DNA from: a virus
Direction: 5' to 3' (one strand)
DNA: 64,000 bases
IMG/VR virus record: IMGVR_UViG_3300027969_000055
Location: 32,001-96,000 of that record
Positions 49,119 through 61,630 of this stretch are shown here, one piece after another (position 1 is the stretch's first letter; every line of letters begins with the position of its first letter). The translations under genes and the position numbers were made by a program. The notes below the pieces were generated by a model that saw only the letters and a list, made by a program, of their open reading frames with translations, made no database searches and was not told where the DNA came from.

Positions 49119-51548
49119 TTATGATCCGCAGGCCTCACATGCTTCAGGATTATCAAGGGAGCATGAAATATTTTCTAAATTATCAGTATCGTCTATTATA
49201 ATTGGCACAAACGATTGAACTGGCTGAACTATTTTAGCTGCAGTATTTAAACCCAATCCAGCAATCGCTGAACTAGCGGCTTCCGTTCTAAGATAATACA
49301 TGCCGGTTTTTAAACCTCTTTTCCATGAATGAAAATGGGCTGATGTTAATTTTGCAGTATTTACATCTCTAAAAAATAGATTTAGTGACTGTGATTGGCA
49401 AATAAATTTACCGCGATCGGCTGACATATCAATTATGGTCTTTTGAGAAATTTCCCAAACTGTTTTATAAACTGATCTTAATTCTTCAGGAATTTCAGCA
49501 ATATTTTGTACAGAGCCTTTTTCTAAAATAATACGGTTTCTCATATTATCTCCCCAAAGACCTAATTCAACAAGATCCCTAACTAGGTGTTTATTAACAA
49601 CTATAAATTCGCCAGCTAATGTTCTTCTAGTTCCAATATTTGAGGTAAACGCTTCAAACGCTTCGTTATTACCCATAATTTGAGCAGTTGATGCAGTTGG
49701 CATAGGAGCAAGCAATAGAGAATTTCTTGCTCCATGTTTCATAAGTTTCTTACGAAGTGCTGCCCAATTCCAACGACCTGATAATTGATCTTCGTTAACG
49801 TCCCAAAGATTAAATTGAAATTGGCCAGTGCTTAATGGAGAACCTTCATATGATGCGTATGCCCCATCCTTCTTTGCAAGATCAATTGATGCTTCCATTG
49901 CGGCAAAGTAAATCGTTTCAAAGATCTCAGAGTTTAATTTCTTTGAGGCTTCTCCACCAAATTCAATTCCCATTATTGCAAAAGTATCAGCTAACCCCTG
50001 AATACCGATTCCGATTGGACGATGCATTAAGTTAGATGTTTTAGTTTCTACAGTAGGGTAGAAGTTTACGTCAATTACTTTATTTAGGTTTAAAGTTGTT
50101 TGGTATGCTACCTCATATAGAGCCTCATGGTCGTACTCGCAATGCGGTTTTTTTAATTTACCAGTACGTTTGCCTATCGTAATAAATTGATTTACTGGAA
50201 TAGAGGCTAAGTTACAAACAGCCTGTTCTTCCTTTGATGTATATTCAATAATTTCAGTACATAAGTTTGAAGACTTAATTGTTCCTAAATTCTTTTGATT
50301 TGATTTACGGTTAGCTGAGTCTTTAAAAAGAATATATGGGGTTCCAGTTTCAACTTGAGATTCAAGAATTTTTTGCCATAGTGTTCTAGCTTTCATGGTA
50401 GAGCGGCCTTTGCCTTCAGCTTCAAGTCTTTCATAATTGGTTTCAAATTCTTCTCCGTACATTTCCCAAAGCTCGCAATCAATTTCAGCTGGACAGAATA
50501 GTGTCCAATCTCCATCTTCTTCCACGCGCTTCATAAAGAGATCAGGAGTCCACATAGCTAAGAAAAGATCCCTAGCCCTACGTTCTTCTTTACCGTGATT
50601 TTTTCTTAAATCTAAGAAGTCTTCAACATCTGCATGCCAAGGCTCTAAGTAAATAGCAAAAGAACCTTTTCTTTTTCCTCCGCCTTGATCAACATAACGA
50701 GCAGTCTCATTATAAACTTTTAACATTGGAATAATTCCGTTTGATGTACCGTTGGTTCCTTTAATATAGGCACCAGTTGCTCGGATGTTTGAAATTGATA
50801 AACCTATACCTCCAGCATTTTGAGAAATAGCAGCAACATCAGAGAGTGTTTTGTAGATACCTGCGATTGAATCCTCTTGCATAGTTAATAAGAAACACGA
50901 AGATAATTGTGGACGCTTTGTTCCAGCATTAAATAGAGTAGGAGTTGCATGAGTCATTTTATGTGTTGATAAAAGCTCATAGGTTTTTAATACATTCTGG
51001 ATATCAGTACCCCAAATACCAACTGCGACTCTCATATATAAACTTTGAGGAGTTTCTGCTGGCTGGCCATGGGTTTTTAATAAGTAACTTTTCTCAAGAG
51101 TTTTAAATCCAAAGTAGTCAAAGTTAAGATCGCGATCATGGATAATCGCTTCGTTTAAAGTTTCTCTGTTCTTCTGTACAGCAGCATAAGTTTCATCAGA
51201 AATTATACCAGCCACCTTTCCAGTCTTTGGATCTATGTAATTATATAGATGATCAATGGTATCACTGAATGACTTGTGGGTCGTTTTGTGTAATCTTGTA
51301 ATTGCAATTCTAGCTGCAAGGATTGAATAGTCTGGATGTATATGGGCTAATGCTGCAGCGGTTTCAGCTGCAAGTAGATCAAGTTGTTGAGTACTAATTC
51401 CATCGTATATTCCAGATACAACTTTGGTTGATACTTCAAGAGCATCAACGTATTCTGTGTCTAATCCATAAGTTTGTTTTTTAATTCGGTTTGTTATTTT
51501 ATCTAGCTTTAGGGTTTCGCTATGCCCGTCTCTTTTTATTACCTTCAT
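49119..51548 (-). CDS. nrdA: Class Ia ribonucleotide reductase alpha subunit with ATP cone
   Basis: MKVIKRDG, ATPTLFNAG, SSCF, SNLCTEI, APMPTAST, C-terminal CEAC. Confidence 0.97.
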   Translation of the reverse strand: MKVIKRDGHSETLKLDKITNRIKKQTYGLDTEYVDALEVSTKVVSGIYDGISTQQLDLLAAETAAALAHIHPDYSILAARIAITRLHKTTHKSFSDTIDHLYNYIDPKTGKVAGIISDETYAAVQKNRETLNEAIIHDRDLNFDYFGFKTLEKSYLLKTHGQPAETPQSLYMRVAVGIWGTDIQNVLKTYELLSTHKMTHATPTLFNAGTKRPQLSSCFLLTMQEDSIAGIYKTLSDVAAISQNAGGIGLSISNIRATGAYIKGTNGTSNGIIPMLKVYNETARYVDQGGGKRKGSFAIYLEPWHADVEDFLDLRKNHGKEERRARDLFLAMWTPDLFMKRVEEDGDWTLFCPAEIDCELWEMYGEEFETNYERLEAEGKGRSTMKARTLWQKILESQVETGTPYILFKDSANRKSNQKNLGTIKSSNLCTEIIEYTSKEEQAVCNLASIPVNQFITIGKRTGKLKKPHCEYDHEALYEVAYQTTLNLNKVIDVNFYPTVETKTSNLMHRPIGIGIQGLADTFAIMGIEFGGEASKKLNSEIFETIYFAAMEASIDLAKKDGAYASYEGSPLSTGQFQFNLWDVNEDQLSGRWNWAALRKKLMKHGARNSLLLAPMPTASTAQIMGNNEAFEAFTSNIGTRRTLAGEFIVVNKHLVRDLVELGLWGDNMRNRIILEKGSVQNIAEIPEELRSVYKTVWEISQKTIIDMSADRGKFICQSQSLNLFFRDVNTAKLTSAHFHSWKRGLKTGMYYLRTEAASSAIAGLGLNTAAKIVQPVQSFVPIIIDDTDNLENISCSLDNPEACEACGS

Positions 51549-51562
51549 CGTTTTTAATATTT

Positions 51563-52525
51563 TTAAAATTCTGCGTCTAATGAAAAACCTGTGTTATCTC
51601 CAGATTTTACCCCTGCTTTTTGATATTCACCTACTCTTTTTTCGAAAAAATTAGTTTTTCCATTGAGTGCAATATTTACCATAAAGTCAAAAGGATTTGT
51701 TGAATTAAATACTGGATTACAGCCTAACTCTGATAATAATCGATCGGTTACAAATTCTAAGTATTGAGCCATTAAATCTGAATTCATGCCGATTAATTTA
51801 ACAGGAAGAGCGTCTATAATAAACTCTTTCTCTATTTCTAAGGCCGATAATATAATTTCTTTGATTCTTTCTGGCGATACTTTATTTTCAATGTGATTAT
51901 TATGTAAGTGTACTGCAAAATCAGTATGCGAGCCTTCATCCCTAGAAATAAGTTCATTAGAAAAACTTAGTCCAGGCATAAGTCCTCTTTTCTTAAGCCA
52001 AAAAATTGAACAAAATGAGCCTGAGAAGAATATTCCTTCAACTGCAGCAAATGCAATAAGTCTTTCCTGGAAAGTAGAGTTTTCAATCCATCTTAGTGCC
52101 CATTCAGCTTTTTTCTGAACGGCTGGGATTGTATCAATTGCTCTTAATAGATGCATTTTTTCTTCTTGATCAGTAATATACGTATCAATTAGGAGAGAAT
52201 AGGTTTCAGAGTGAATATTTTCCATCATGATTTGAAATCCGTAAAAGAATTTAGCTTCCGGGTATTGGACTTCTTTTAAAAAGTTCTCAGCCAAGTTTTC
52301 ATTAACGATTCCATCACTTGCGGCAAAGAATGCAAGTACATGTTTAATAAAATGACGTTCTCCATCATTAAGATTTTTTCTCCAGTCAACCAAATCAGCG
52401 GCTAAATCAATTTCTTCAGCTGTCCAGAATGAAGCTTCTGACTTTTTGTAAAATTCCCAGAGGTCGTGGTGCTGGATCGGGAAGACAACGAATCGGTTTG
52501 GATTCTCGGTTAAGATTTTTTCCAT
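51563..52525 (-). CDS. nrdB: Ribonucleotide reductase beta subunit
   Basis: [35 protein letters not shown]. Confidence 0.97.
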   Translation of the reverse strand: MEKILTENPNRFVVFPIQHHDLWEFYKKSEASFWTAEEIDLAADLVDWRKNLNDGERHFIKHVLAFFAASDGIVNENLAENFLKEVQYPEAKFFYGFQIMMENIHSETYSLLIDTYITDQEEKMHLLRAIDTIPAVQKKAEWALRWIENSTFQERLIAFAAVEGIFFSGSFCSIFWLKKRGLMPGLSFSNELISRDEGSHTDFAVHLHNNHIENKVSPERIKEIILSALEIEKEFIIDALPVKLIGMNSDLMAQYLEFVTDRLLSELGCNPVFNSTNPFDFMVNIALNGKTNFFEKRVGEYQKAGVKSGDNTGFSLDAEF

Positions 52526-52575
52526 TTCTATGATTTTTTTGGTTTAAAGGTATGTGTTGAATAGTTAAAATAGTA

Positions 52576-52670
52576 TTAGCCAGGTCAACTGGCTAACAAT
52601 AAAATGCGTGGTATTTTTTGTTTCAAATAATAAGTTTTTATTATTTATACTGAAACTATAATACCACGCA
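52576..52670 (-). promoter_or_regulatory. Structured region upstream of nrdB (two hairpins, embedded TATAAATAA)
   Basis: tgcgtggtatt...aataccacgca long stem; ttagcca-g...-tggctaa short stem. Confidence 0.55.
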
Positions 52671-52680
52671 AGTATTAAAA

Positions 52681-53865
52681 TTAGACGAAATCGTATCTTA
52701 ATTGTTTACGAATTGCGTCAACTTTATGGACATGTAATTGGCCAGAGTCAGAAATTTTAGTTCGGCCCTTTAGATGGTTTACATCACTTTTAAAAGTACT
52801 TTCACCATCTGGCATATTTATTGTAATTGAGAAATCAGATTTATCTAATGAATAGTTTAAGGTTTGACCTTCAATTTTGTTTTTAAGATCTTGCCATTGA
52901 AGCTGCTCTTGACCTATTTTTGAATATGAATCGGTTAAGATGATACGAGGTTCACCTTTTTTAATTATAACGTCCTTAACGTAAAATTCAATAGTATCAC
53001 CAGACCGATATTGTTTACTAACTTCTTCATAATTTTCAAACTCCGTTTTATGAAGTAATCCAGTAAAGTAGTTTTGGAATTCAACAAACATTCCAAAGTC
53101 ATATGGCTTATTTGTTAAAATACCTGTGTATTTTTCTCCAATATTAAGGTCGTGAACTTTTTGAGGCAGAGTTTGTTTAATATATTTCTTGTATGAAACA
53201 ATGAATAGATCATTAGTTGCATCGTAATTCTCAATCATTACTGGAAGTTCCTTATTCAAATATTCATTAAAGTCTCTAATTACGTTAGCTGCAGCATGCG
53301 AACCTGGTAAAAAGCATTTAACAGTTCCTTTATAAAGTGCAAGGTATCCTCCTTTAACTAAGTTGGTAACTTTAACATAGAACCATTTTTCAGTTTTTAA
53401 GTAGTCTTCTAAATCTTCACGATGAGATAAAGCAGCACAACGTTTTTCTGAACCTAAGAAGTCTCCATTATCATTTTTGTAAATAATAACTTTAAAACTG
53501 TGGTTAACTTCATTGTGTACTAATAATGAAGGCTCAGAGCTAAATTCTCTAAATGGAACAAAGATAGTAGACAAAGATGCATTATCTTGAACTTCAATCA
53601 TTTTCTCATCAAAGTCAATTTTCTTAGCAGTAACTGTACACACTTTACCGAGTTCAAAATCTTTATTTGATGGTACAAATGAGGTTTTTGAATTTGATGA
53701 AAAGTACATATCGTACAATTCTTGAGCATAGGGCTCTTTACAGAAAATTTTAAGACCAGAGCGTTGATCTTCTGGCGTTAATTTAATTGTTTGATTGATT
53801 TTAGAATTCCCTTGACTGAACAGTAGGTCGAAGTCAATTAATTCTTTGGTGTTGTCTTTTTGCAT
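52681..53865 (-). CDS. Ribosomal protein S1-like multi-S1-domain protein
   Basis: VKGGYL...CFLPGSH; YDFGMFVEF...TGLLHKTE S1 motifs. Confidence 0.82.
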   Translation of the reverse strand: MQKDNTKELIDFDLLFSQGNSKINQTIKLTPEDQRSGLKIFCKEPYAQELYDMYFSSNSKTSFVPSNKDFELGKVCTVTAKKIDFDEKMIEVQDNASLSTIFVPFREFSSEPSLLVHNEVNHSFKVIIYKNDNGDFLGSEKRCAALSHREDLEDYLKTEKWFYVKVTNLVKGGYLALYKGTVKCFLPGSHAAANVIRDFNEYLNKELPVMIENYDATNDLFIVSYKKYIKQTLPQKVHDLNIGEKYTGILTNKPYDFGMFVEFQNYFTGLLHKTEFENYEEVSKQYRSGDTIEFYVKDVIIKKGEPRIILTDSYSKIGQEQLQWQDLKNKIEGQTLNYSLDKSDFSITINMPDGESTFKSDVNHLKGRTKISDSGQLHVHKVDAIRKQLRYDFV

Positions 53866-53892
53866 ATGTTATTGTTTAAACGTTGCTATTTA

Positions 53893-53919
53893 ATTATACA
53901 TAAAAAAAGTCAGTAGTTT
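53893..53919 (-). promoter_or_regulatory. Putative promoter AAACT-N16-TATAAT
   Basis: Recurring motif. Confidence 0.65.
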
Positions 53920-56900
53920 TATGAAGTATGCATTCCTGGGTCAATAAAAATACTAGGTGACCATGCGGTTGGATAGAGTCCTGGCATTTTTGATTGGAAC
54001 AACAGAGTACCAGTTGAAGTTATACTTCCTCTCCATGCAAGTTCATCTAAAAATATTGCAAATAATGGGTTTTTATGAGTTAATCTTTCCCATGGAGGAA
54101 GATCGTCCTGGTTAAAAAATGGGCTTGATGCAAGTCTGGCAACTTGAACTCCAGGTTTACTACCAAAGGCACATGCTAGAATTGCAGCTAAATAGGCAAT
54201 TTCTTTAACAACCGGTTCAGTTGCAGTAATTACTGGAATATACGCAGCTTTTAATAAATTAATTGCATCTAAATTTGCTAATTTAAGTTTAGATGAGTTT
54301 GGTATTTTTAATTGAATTGCCATTAATGCTAGTTTAAGTGGAAGAATATATGGATTAGCTGAATCAATTATAGTAAAACTTAAGTCTTTTAAAGTTTTAG
54401 TTAGGGACAAAATCGGATCAATTATTGTTTTTAATGGTTGTAAAATTCCATCAATTGCTGCATTTAATAAACCTTTAATTAATTCAACCAAATCAGTTGA
54501 TGTAAGTAGAGCAAAATAGCTAACAATGTCAAGCGGTAACAATGGAATTTTTGGAAGTTTTATATTAAACCCATTCGGTAATGTTACTGAAACGTATTTT
54601 GATGAGTTGTTGGTAGAAACTGTTGCAAATTCAGAATTTCCACATGGAATCTGTTTAAGAATATCTTGTAGAGAACTTGAGTTTGTTCCTTGGTTTGCAG
54701 TTAGCATATCGCCAGCATCAGATAACATTCTAAGTATTAATTCAAGTAAATACGCAATTGCTGCTTTAAGTAATGGTTTAATTACAATATCCAATGGTAT
54801 TACTATTTGAAGTGGAAATGGTGCGCCTAGTGGATTTGGAGATTGTGGAATTGTTAGTGCAGTTAATATTGGTAATATTATTGCTTGTGAAATTGATATA
54901 ATATCAGGTTTTTCAGGTAAAACAATCGGTGGAAGTAATCCAAGTAATGAATTAAATAGAGTGGTTATTGTAGATATTCCAATTTCTTCAAGTGAATCAC
55001 CTAACAAACTTTTTAAAACATCAACTGTTAGCCCTGATAAAAATGCATCAAGTAGTGCATTAAAAATTCCAAGAGCTGCAAGAATTTGTGGTGAAACTAT
55101 GTCTAATGGAGGAGGCGGAGCTGCACAGCACGGAGCAGCTGGGTCAAACAGTTTTAAATTAGGAGCAGCAACTGATAGCGTAGTAAACGTTAAGGCTTTT
55201 TGAAGACGTTCTTTTCTTAATTTTGCGGCTTTTTTAATTTTACCTTTCTCAACATCACTTAAGTTTGGGTCAATATCTTCATCTGCTGGATTTGAATTTC
55301 CTTGTAAATAGTCTAATGCTTTATTTGAATATTCTTTAATTGCTTTTTTAAATTCTCTAACATCTTCTGCTTTATTTAAGTTAAATGTTTTCTTACTTTT
55401 TAACTTAGAGGTATCAACTTGAGCCGCCATTCTTTTTATTTTTGCAATAAGGTCAGTCGATTCAAGATCAAAACCTAATAGACCTTTTGCTGCTTTTTCA
55501 ATAGTTGGTTGCAATCCACTAATTGCTGATGGCAGTTTTGGATTAAGTTTAGTTGGACTATCCGGAAAGGAAATTGTTCCTAATTTTATTTTATCAATAT
55601 ACTTATCAAAATCAGCCAATACTCCTGAGATTTTAGAAGATAGTTGGATTGGGTCCAATGATCGTGCGGCTTTTTTTGCTTCGCGTTTCTTTTTTAAGTC
55701 GGACTCATTCTCTGCGCCCATTACTTGGGATTGACGGTCCTTTCTGGTTTTATCCTTTAACTTAGTAACGGCAGTTATTTGCATTTCTCCCAATTTATCA
55801 AATTGGCGATTCAGACTTCTTTTAAAATCAGCAATTTGTTTATCAAAGTCTTTTGACAAATCTAAATCTAGAAAGTTCATCATTTTTTCTAAATCTGATG
55901 TGTATTTGGTTATATAGGTTAATGGATCGATTTCGCCAATTGGTGTTCCATCCCTTGTTGTAATTTTAGGTTTTTTACCAAGTGCTAAATCAGCAGTAAA
56001 CGCTGCAAGCCTAACTGCTTTTGCTGCATTTCCTGAAACAGTTAAGGGTATACTTAAGGCACCTTTAACTAATTGTCCTTTAAATGGATTTGCTGGATCA
56101 AGACCTATTGGATTTTGAGATGCAGAGGTTTGGTCAATTTCAAATCCATATTTTATAGACATAGGGGTAGAATACAATAATGGAATATTTGGAGCAAGTA
56201 ACATATACTTATTACCATCTGGCGCAAAATACAGTATATAAATGCTAGGTAATGGTATTCCAACTATTGCGATTGGCATAGTTATGAAAGTAACAAGTGT
56301 TCCAACTGGCGTGGATAAAGTAAATAGAGTTCTCCATTTTTGAGGTAATGTAATTAAGGCAATGCCAATTGGGGTTGGAATAATATTATTAATTGGATAA
56401 TATCTAAATGGCGGAGCAGTTAGGTCTGGAATCGGTAAAAGGCTTACTTTATTTAATGATTTTGTAAATTCTTTCCAATAACAACTATTGGTCATATCTG
56501 GTAAACTTGCATCATTGCCGCCTAGTGTTCTAATGAATAGCGGATCTTGTCCAAGTTTTTTCTTTGTTTCAGCTTCGCAATCTTTAGTTGGAATAGAGGT
56601 TGCGGCCGGTCCTTTAAAGCAGGCAACATCAGAAATTCTTTTGGCTAGAACTTCTTGATCCATTGAATTTTCCTTTATTTTTGAGTCCAATAATTCAATT
56701 TCAGTATTACACTCTTTTATTTTTTCAAGTAATTCAGAATAACACTTAGTATAATAAGCTAATTTTTCAGGTAAAACTGAATCAAGCGGACTATACTTAA
56801 AGGTTCCATTTGAGTAAATACTTGAGGTGTTTGCTCTGTATGAAGTAGGTCTAGCTAATTTAAGTTGAGAATCGGAGGTCCTTCTAAAAAAGTCGGCCAC

Positions 56901-58280
56901 TTCCCTTTTTGCTAAAACCTTTAATTCATCAAGTGCTGGCCTTATTTGATTTGGAAAAACTGTCGTTAATTCAGTCTTTCGTTTTACCTCAATCGTTGAA
57001 TTTAAAGTCTCATAAAATTTTTCATAGGTCGCTTGACTTTGAATATAAAATCGAGTATCTCCATCTTTTATTGAAACAGGTGCATTTTCAACTCCATTAA
57101 AAATAGGATCAATTTTATTTGGGTCAACTGATAATCCTCTCTCTTCTAGAGTATATAAATATTGGACTGGATGTGAAAGCTTACGATATAATCCAGGATA
57201 ACCGTCTGGCATTTGATTGTATAAAGCTCCTGGAATATTGCTATAGTTTGATATAGATTTATTTAAGCCAAAATCATATGGAATACTTGAACAAAATGAT
57301 GCAATTGTATTATTAAATGGAGCAGTTGTTAAATAAGGATTGGTTCTAATTGCAATATCTTTATCTATTGATTCAGAGGTTCCGTCCGCTTTTATTTGAG
57401 GTACGGTTATTCGAGTTATGTCCAAATCAATTAACCTAATTCCAAATGTTGCACTTCTTGCTGGAACCACAATTCCTGAGAATACTGCTTCTGTTTCATT
57501 AAATTGAGGAATTAATTGTCCACTTATTTTTTCACAAGATGAGTTGAGAGTTTGAGAAACTATTGTTGCTTGATCAAGGGAAGGCAGTGATTCAAGTTTT
57601 TGGGATAGAGCATTGGTTGCTCCTTGTTTAGCAACAATTTGATTTTCTTCTGCAAAAATTCTATTTTTCCGAGCTTCATAATATAGTCGATATACTGAAC
57701 CGCTTATTAGAACGTTATAGTAGCTATCTGGCATATATTTCTTTATTGCTTGGGAATCGTATTCTGTAATTAATTTAAACTGATCGTCACCTATAGCATA
57801 AATTACTCTAAGCGCATAATAATAAGTCTCGTAAGTTTGATTGGTTGTAATATAATCATTCCAAATTTGATTTTCAATAGCTAACGTTCGAGTATATTCA
57901 TCGGTCCAATATAAGTATTGAGAAGTTAATGGCTCAACTATTGATATTGTAGAATTAAAAAAATCAAGTCGTTCTTTATAATAATTTGAAATAATATTGT
58001 AATGGTCAAGTGCTTCCTGTACTCTACCTTTAACTACTGAAATTTCAATAGCATTAGCCTGCTTTGCCATTTGATCAACTAAAATTGCCTTTACGTCATT
58101 AACTCCTTGATTAATGCAGCTGCCCTCAACTGGCATTGGAATTTTAACGTCCTTTGCAACTGGGGCAACCGGTTCAGGTAAACACGCTTTTACATTAGCT
58201 AGGTCAGCCTCAGTAAAAACAGGCGATGCAAGTTTTCCGCACTTAATATCGTTAATTAGGCTTTTAAATGTGACGTTCAA
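53919..58280 (-). CDS. Large hypothetical protein (1453 aa), probably virion-associated
   Basis: Long ORF with Pro/Ile/Leu-rich hydrophobic segments and coiled regions. Confidence 0.7.
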   Translation of the reverse strand: MNVTFKSLINDIKCGKLASPVFTEADLANVKACLPEPVAPVAKDVKIPMPVEGSCINQGVNDVKAILVDQMAKQANAIEISVVKGRVQEALDHYNIISNYYKERLDFFNSTISIVEPLTSQYLYWTDEYTRTLAIENQIWNDYITTNQTYETYYYALRVIYAIGDDQFKLITEYDSQAIKKYMPDSYYNVLISGSVYRLYYEARKNRIFAEENQIVAKQGATNALSQKLESLPSLDQATIVSQTLNSSCEKISGQLIPQFNETEAVFSGIVVPARSATFGIRLIDLDITRITVPQIKADGTSESIDKDIAIRTNPYLTTAPFNNTIASFCSSIPYDFGLNKSISNYSNIPGALYNQMPDGYPGLYRKLSHPVQYLYTLEERGLSVDPNKIDPIFNGVENAPVSIKDGDTRFYIQSQATYEKFYETLNSTIEVKRKTELTTVFPNQIRPALDELKVLAKREVADFFRRTSDSQLKLARPTSYRANTSSIYSNGTFKYSPLDSVLPEKLAYYTKCYSELLEKIKECNTEIELLDSKIKENSMDQEVLAKRISDVACFKGPAATSIPTKDCEAETKKKLGQDPLFIRTLGGNDASLPDMTNSCYWKEFTKSLNKVSLLPIPDLTAPPFRYYPINNIIPTPIGIALITLPQKWRTLFTLSTPVGTLVTFITMPIAIVGIPLPSIYILYFAPDGNKYMLLAPNIPLLYSTPMSIKYGFEIDQTSASQNPIGLDPANPFKGQLVKGALSIPLTVSGNAAKAVRLAAFTADLALGKKPKITTRDGTPIGEIDPLTYITKYTSDLEKMMNFLDLDLSKDFDKQIADFKRSLNRQFDKLGEMQITAVTKLKDKTRKDRQSQVMGAENESDLKKKREAKKAARSLDPIQLSSKISGVLADFDKYIDKIKLGTISFPDSPTKLNPKLPSAISGLQPTIEKAAKGLLGFDLESTDLIAKIKRMAAQVDTSKLKSKKTFNLNKAEDVREFKKAIKEYSNKALDYLQGNSNPADEDIDPNLSDVEKGKIKKAAKLRKERLQKALTFTTLSVAAPNLKLFDPAAPCCAAPPPPLDIVSPQILAALGIFNALLDAFLSGLTVDVLKSLLGDSLEEIGISTITTLFNSLLGLLPPIVLPEKPDIISISQAIILPILTALTIPQSPNPLGAPFPLQIVIPLDIVIKPLLKAAIAYLLELILRMLSDAGDMLTANQGTNSSSLQDILKQIPCGNSEFATVSTNNSSKYVSVTLPNGFNIKLPKIPLLPLDIVSYFALLTSTDLVELIKGLLNAAIDGILQPLKTIIDPILSLTKTLKDLSFTIIDSANPYILPLKLALMAIQLKIPNSSKLKLANLDAINLLKAAYIPVITATEPVVKEIAYLAAILACAFGSKPGVQVARLASSPFFNQDDLPPWERLTHKNPLFAIFLDELAWRGSITSTGTLLFQSKMPGLYPTAWSPSIFIDPGMHTS

Positions 58281-58322
58281 TGAATTAAGTTCTTTATTTT
58301 ATCTATCATTCTCTCTAAATAG

Positions 58323-58359
58323 AACAGCGCTTGTGAGGTTTACTCAACAAGCGCTGTTT
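58323..58359 (-). terminator. Stem-loop after groEL
   Basis: aacagcgcttgt...acaagcgctgtt. Confidence 0.75.
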
Positions 58360-58380
58360 GGTAATGGTAATTTAAAATTA

Positions 58381-59961
<1,581 letters not shown>

Positions 59962-59977
59962 TTATTATTTGGTTATT

Positions 59978-60721
59978 TTACTTTATTATTATATCCGATT
60001 TTTCAATTTGGTTTAGGTTAGAAAGTTTTAATGCCACTTGAATTAGCGTAATAACGTCTTTTTGGCAGTATTCTTTAATTCCGTCAACATTTCCGGCCCA
60101 ATAATTCTCATGCACTTGCTCGCCTTTCATTGCATCTTTTGGAGAGTCAATACCAAGAACCGTTGCTAAAAGATCAAGCGATGTGAATCCTTCTTGCCAT
60201 GCGCCAAATGACCAAAGTTCAGAAGTATCAATTATTGAAGTTTCCCAAGGTTTTTTATCCCATACTTGAAGAGGGGTTGCTGGCTCAATATTTAGAATGA
60301 ATGCTCGTTTACATAGGAACGGAACATCAAATCTTTTAACATTATGCCCAGCAATCTTTACGCCTGTTTTTGAAAGAGCTGACATTAGTTTAAAGGACTG
60401 ACGTAGGATTTCAGCTTCATCATCTCCAGCATAGGAAACAATTTGAGCAGTAGGCACGCCATCTATAAATTTCATTTTTCCAAAAGAAACACAGACGACT
60501 CTGCCAAATTCAGCGTGTAAAGCTGATTTCATTTGGAAAAGTTCTTCATCTGACTTGTCTTTATTATCTGGGTATTTAGCCCCTAACTGATTTTTAAGGA
60601 TTTCTGCTTTAGCTGACCATAGTTCTTGCATTTTAGACGAAAGAGAATCAGCATGATTGACAGTACCGGCTGTTTCTATATCAAAAAACAGCATTTTTTC
60701 TAATTGGTGTGGATCGAACAT
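59978..60721 (-). CDS. Stand-alone PolB-like 3'-5' exonuclease (DEDDy)
   Basis: [19 protein letters not shown]. Confidence 0.85.
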   Translation of the reverse strand: MFDPHQLEKMLFFDIETAGTVNHADSLSSKMQELWSAKAEILKNQLGAKYPDNKDKSDEELFQMKSALHAEFGRVVCVSFGKMKFIDGVPTAQIVSYAGDDEAEILRQSFKLMSALSKTGVKIAGHNVKRFDVPFLCKRAFILNIEPATPLQVWDKKPWETSIIDTSELWSFGAWQEGFTSLDLLATVLGIDSPKDAMKGEQVHENYWAGNVDGIKEYCQKDVITLIQVALKLSNLNQIEKSDIIIK

Positions 60722-60877
60722 GACTTTAGTGTTATAAGTTAGGGTAATTATACTAATAAAGATAAAAAGTAGCCTTTAATTAGGATCTAAGGGTTAAAGT
60801 TTACTTAATTCTTTATATTAATAAAATAAGTAGACTAAGTATCAGAGTATCTGTTGCTACACCCACCCAACACCCTT

Positions 60878-60937
60878 ATTCTACAGTACATTTTACAAAG
60901 GTTTTAAAGAAAACTAAAAAATATTTAGTAGTAGAAT
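60878..60937. promoter_or_regulatory. Back-to-back divergent promoters, both AAACY-N16-TAGAAT
   Basis: Minus 60878-60904 and plus 60911-60937. Confidence 0.65.
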
Positions 60938-60960
60938 AGTTAAAATGATTAAAATGAACC

Positions 60961-61626
60961 TTGGTAGTAATTGGTATAGACTTTTCAATACAGTTTCCAG
61001 CTGTATGCATTTGCAAAGACTTTAAGAGTCTGCACTGGATAGCCTGTGTTAATACTAATACAACTAAAGCCTATCGAAAATTACTTGAAGATACTCAGCT
61101 TCAATTTCCTGGACTAGAATTCATATTTTTACCCCCCAAGAACTTTAAATACGATACTTACTCTGGTGTAGAACGCGCTAAGTTAGCAAACTATTCACTT
61201 CTAGTTGATACCTTAATAAATCGAGTAAAAGAAATAGTTAAACCAGAACCAGACCGAATCATTTCAATCGAAGGTATTGCATATGGAGCCCAAGGTAATG
61301 CTCTGTTAGATATAGCTCAGTCAACTGGTATGCTTAGAAAAAAGGTACTAGATGACTTATTAAATAACAAGCAAGAAAGCCTATTCATATTTTCACCAGG
61401 GGAACTTAAAAACGCAATTGGCGCAAAGGGTAATGCTGGTAAAATTGATGTTTACAAACAGTTTATGGAAACTCCGCTTCTTGCAAAAGACAGCAGTTTA
61501 CATAAAGTATTAATTCAATATAATGATCAAATTATTAAAAAAGACGTAGTAGGTTCGCCATTTATGGATATGATTGATTCGTATTTAGCCGTCCTTAAAA
61601 TCTACACATCACTAAAAGAATCCTAA
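60961..61626 (+). CDS. RuvC-like nuclease, probable Holliday junction resolvase
   Basis: VIGIDFS, SIEG, KGNAGK, DMIDSY. Confidence 0.78.
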   Translation: MVVIGIDFSIQFPAVCICKDFKSLHWIACVNTNTTKAYRKLLEDTQLQFPGLEFIFLPPKNFKYDTYSGVERAKLANYSLLVDTLINRVKEIVKPEPDRIISIEGIAYGAQGNALLDIAQSTGMLRKKVLDDLLNNKQESLFIFSPGELKNAIGAKGNAGKIDVYKQFMETPLLAKDSSLHKVLIQYNDQIIKKDVVGSPFMDMIDSYLAVLKIYTSLKES

Positions 61627-61630
61627 TTAA

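Noticed and set aside
49119-52525. Introns, inteins or homing endonucleases in nrdA/nrdB (also TS-like gene, helicase, uvsX)
   Set aside because: ORFs are uninterrupted and of normal length
60722-60960. Replication origin in the longest intergenic gap
   Set aside because: Explained by divergent promoters; no iterons seen
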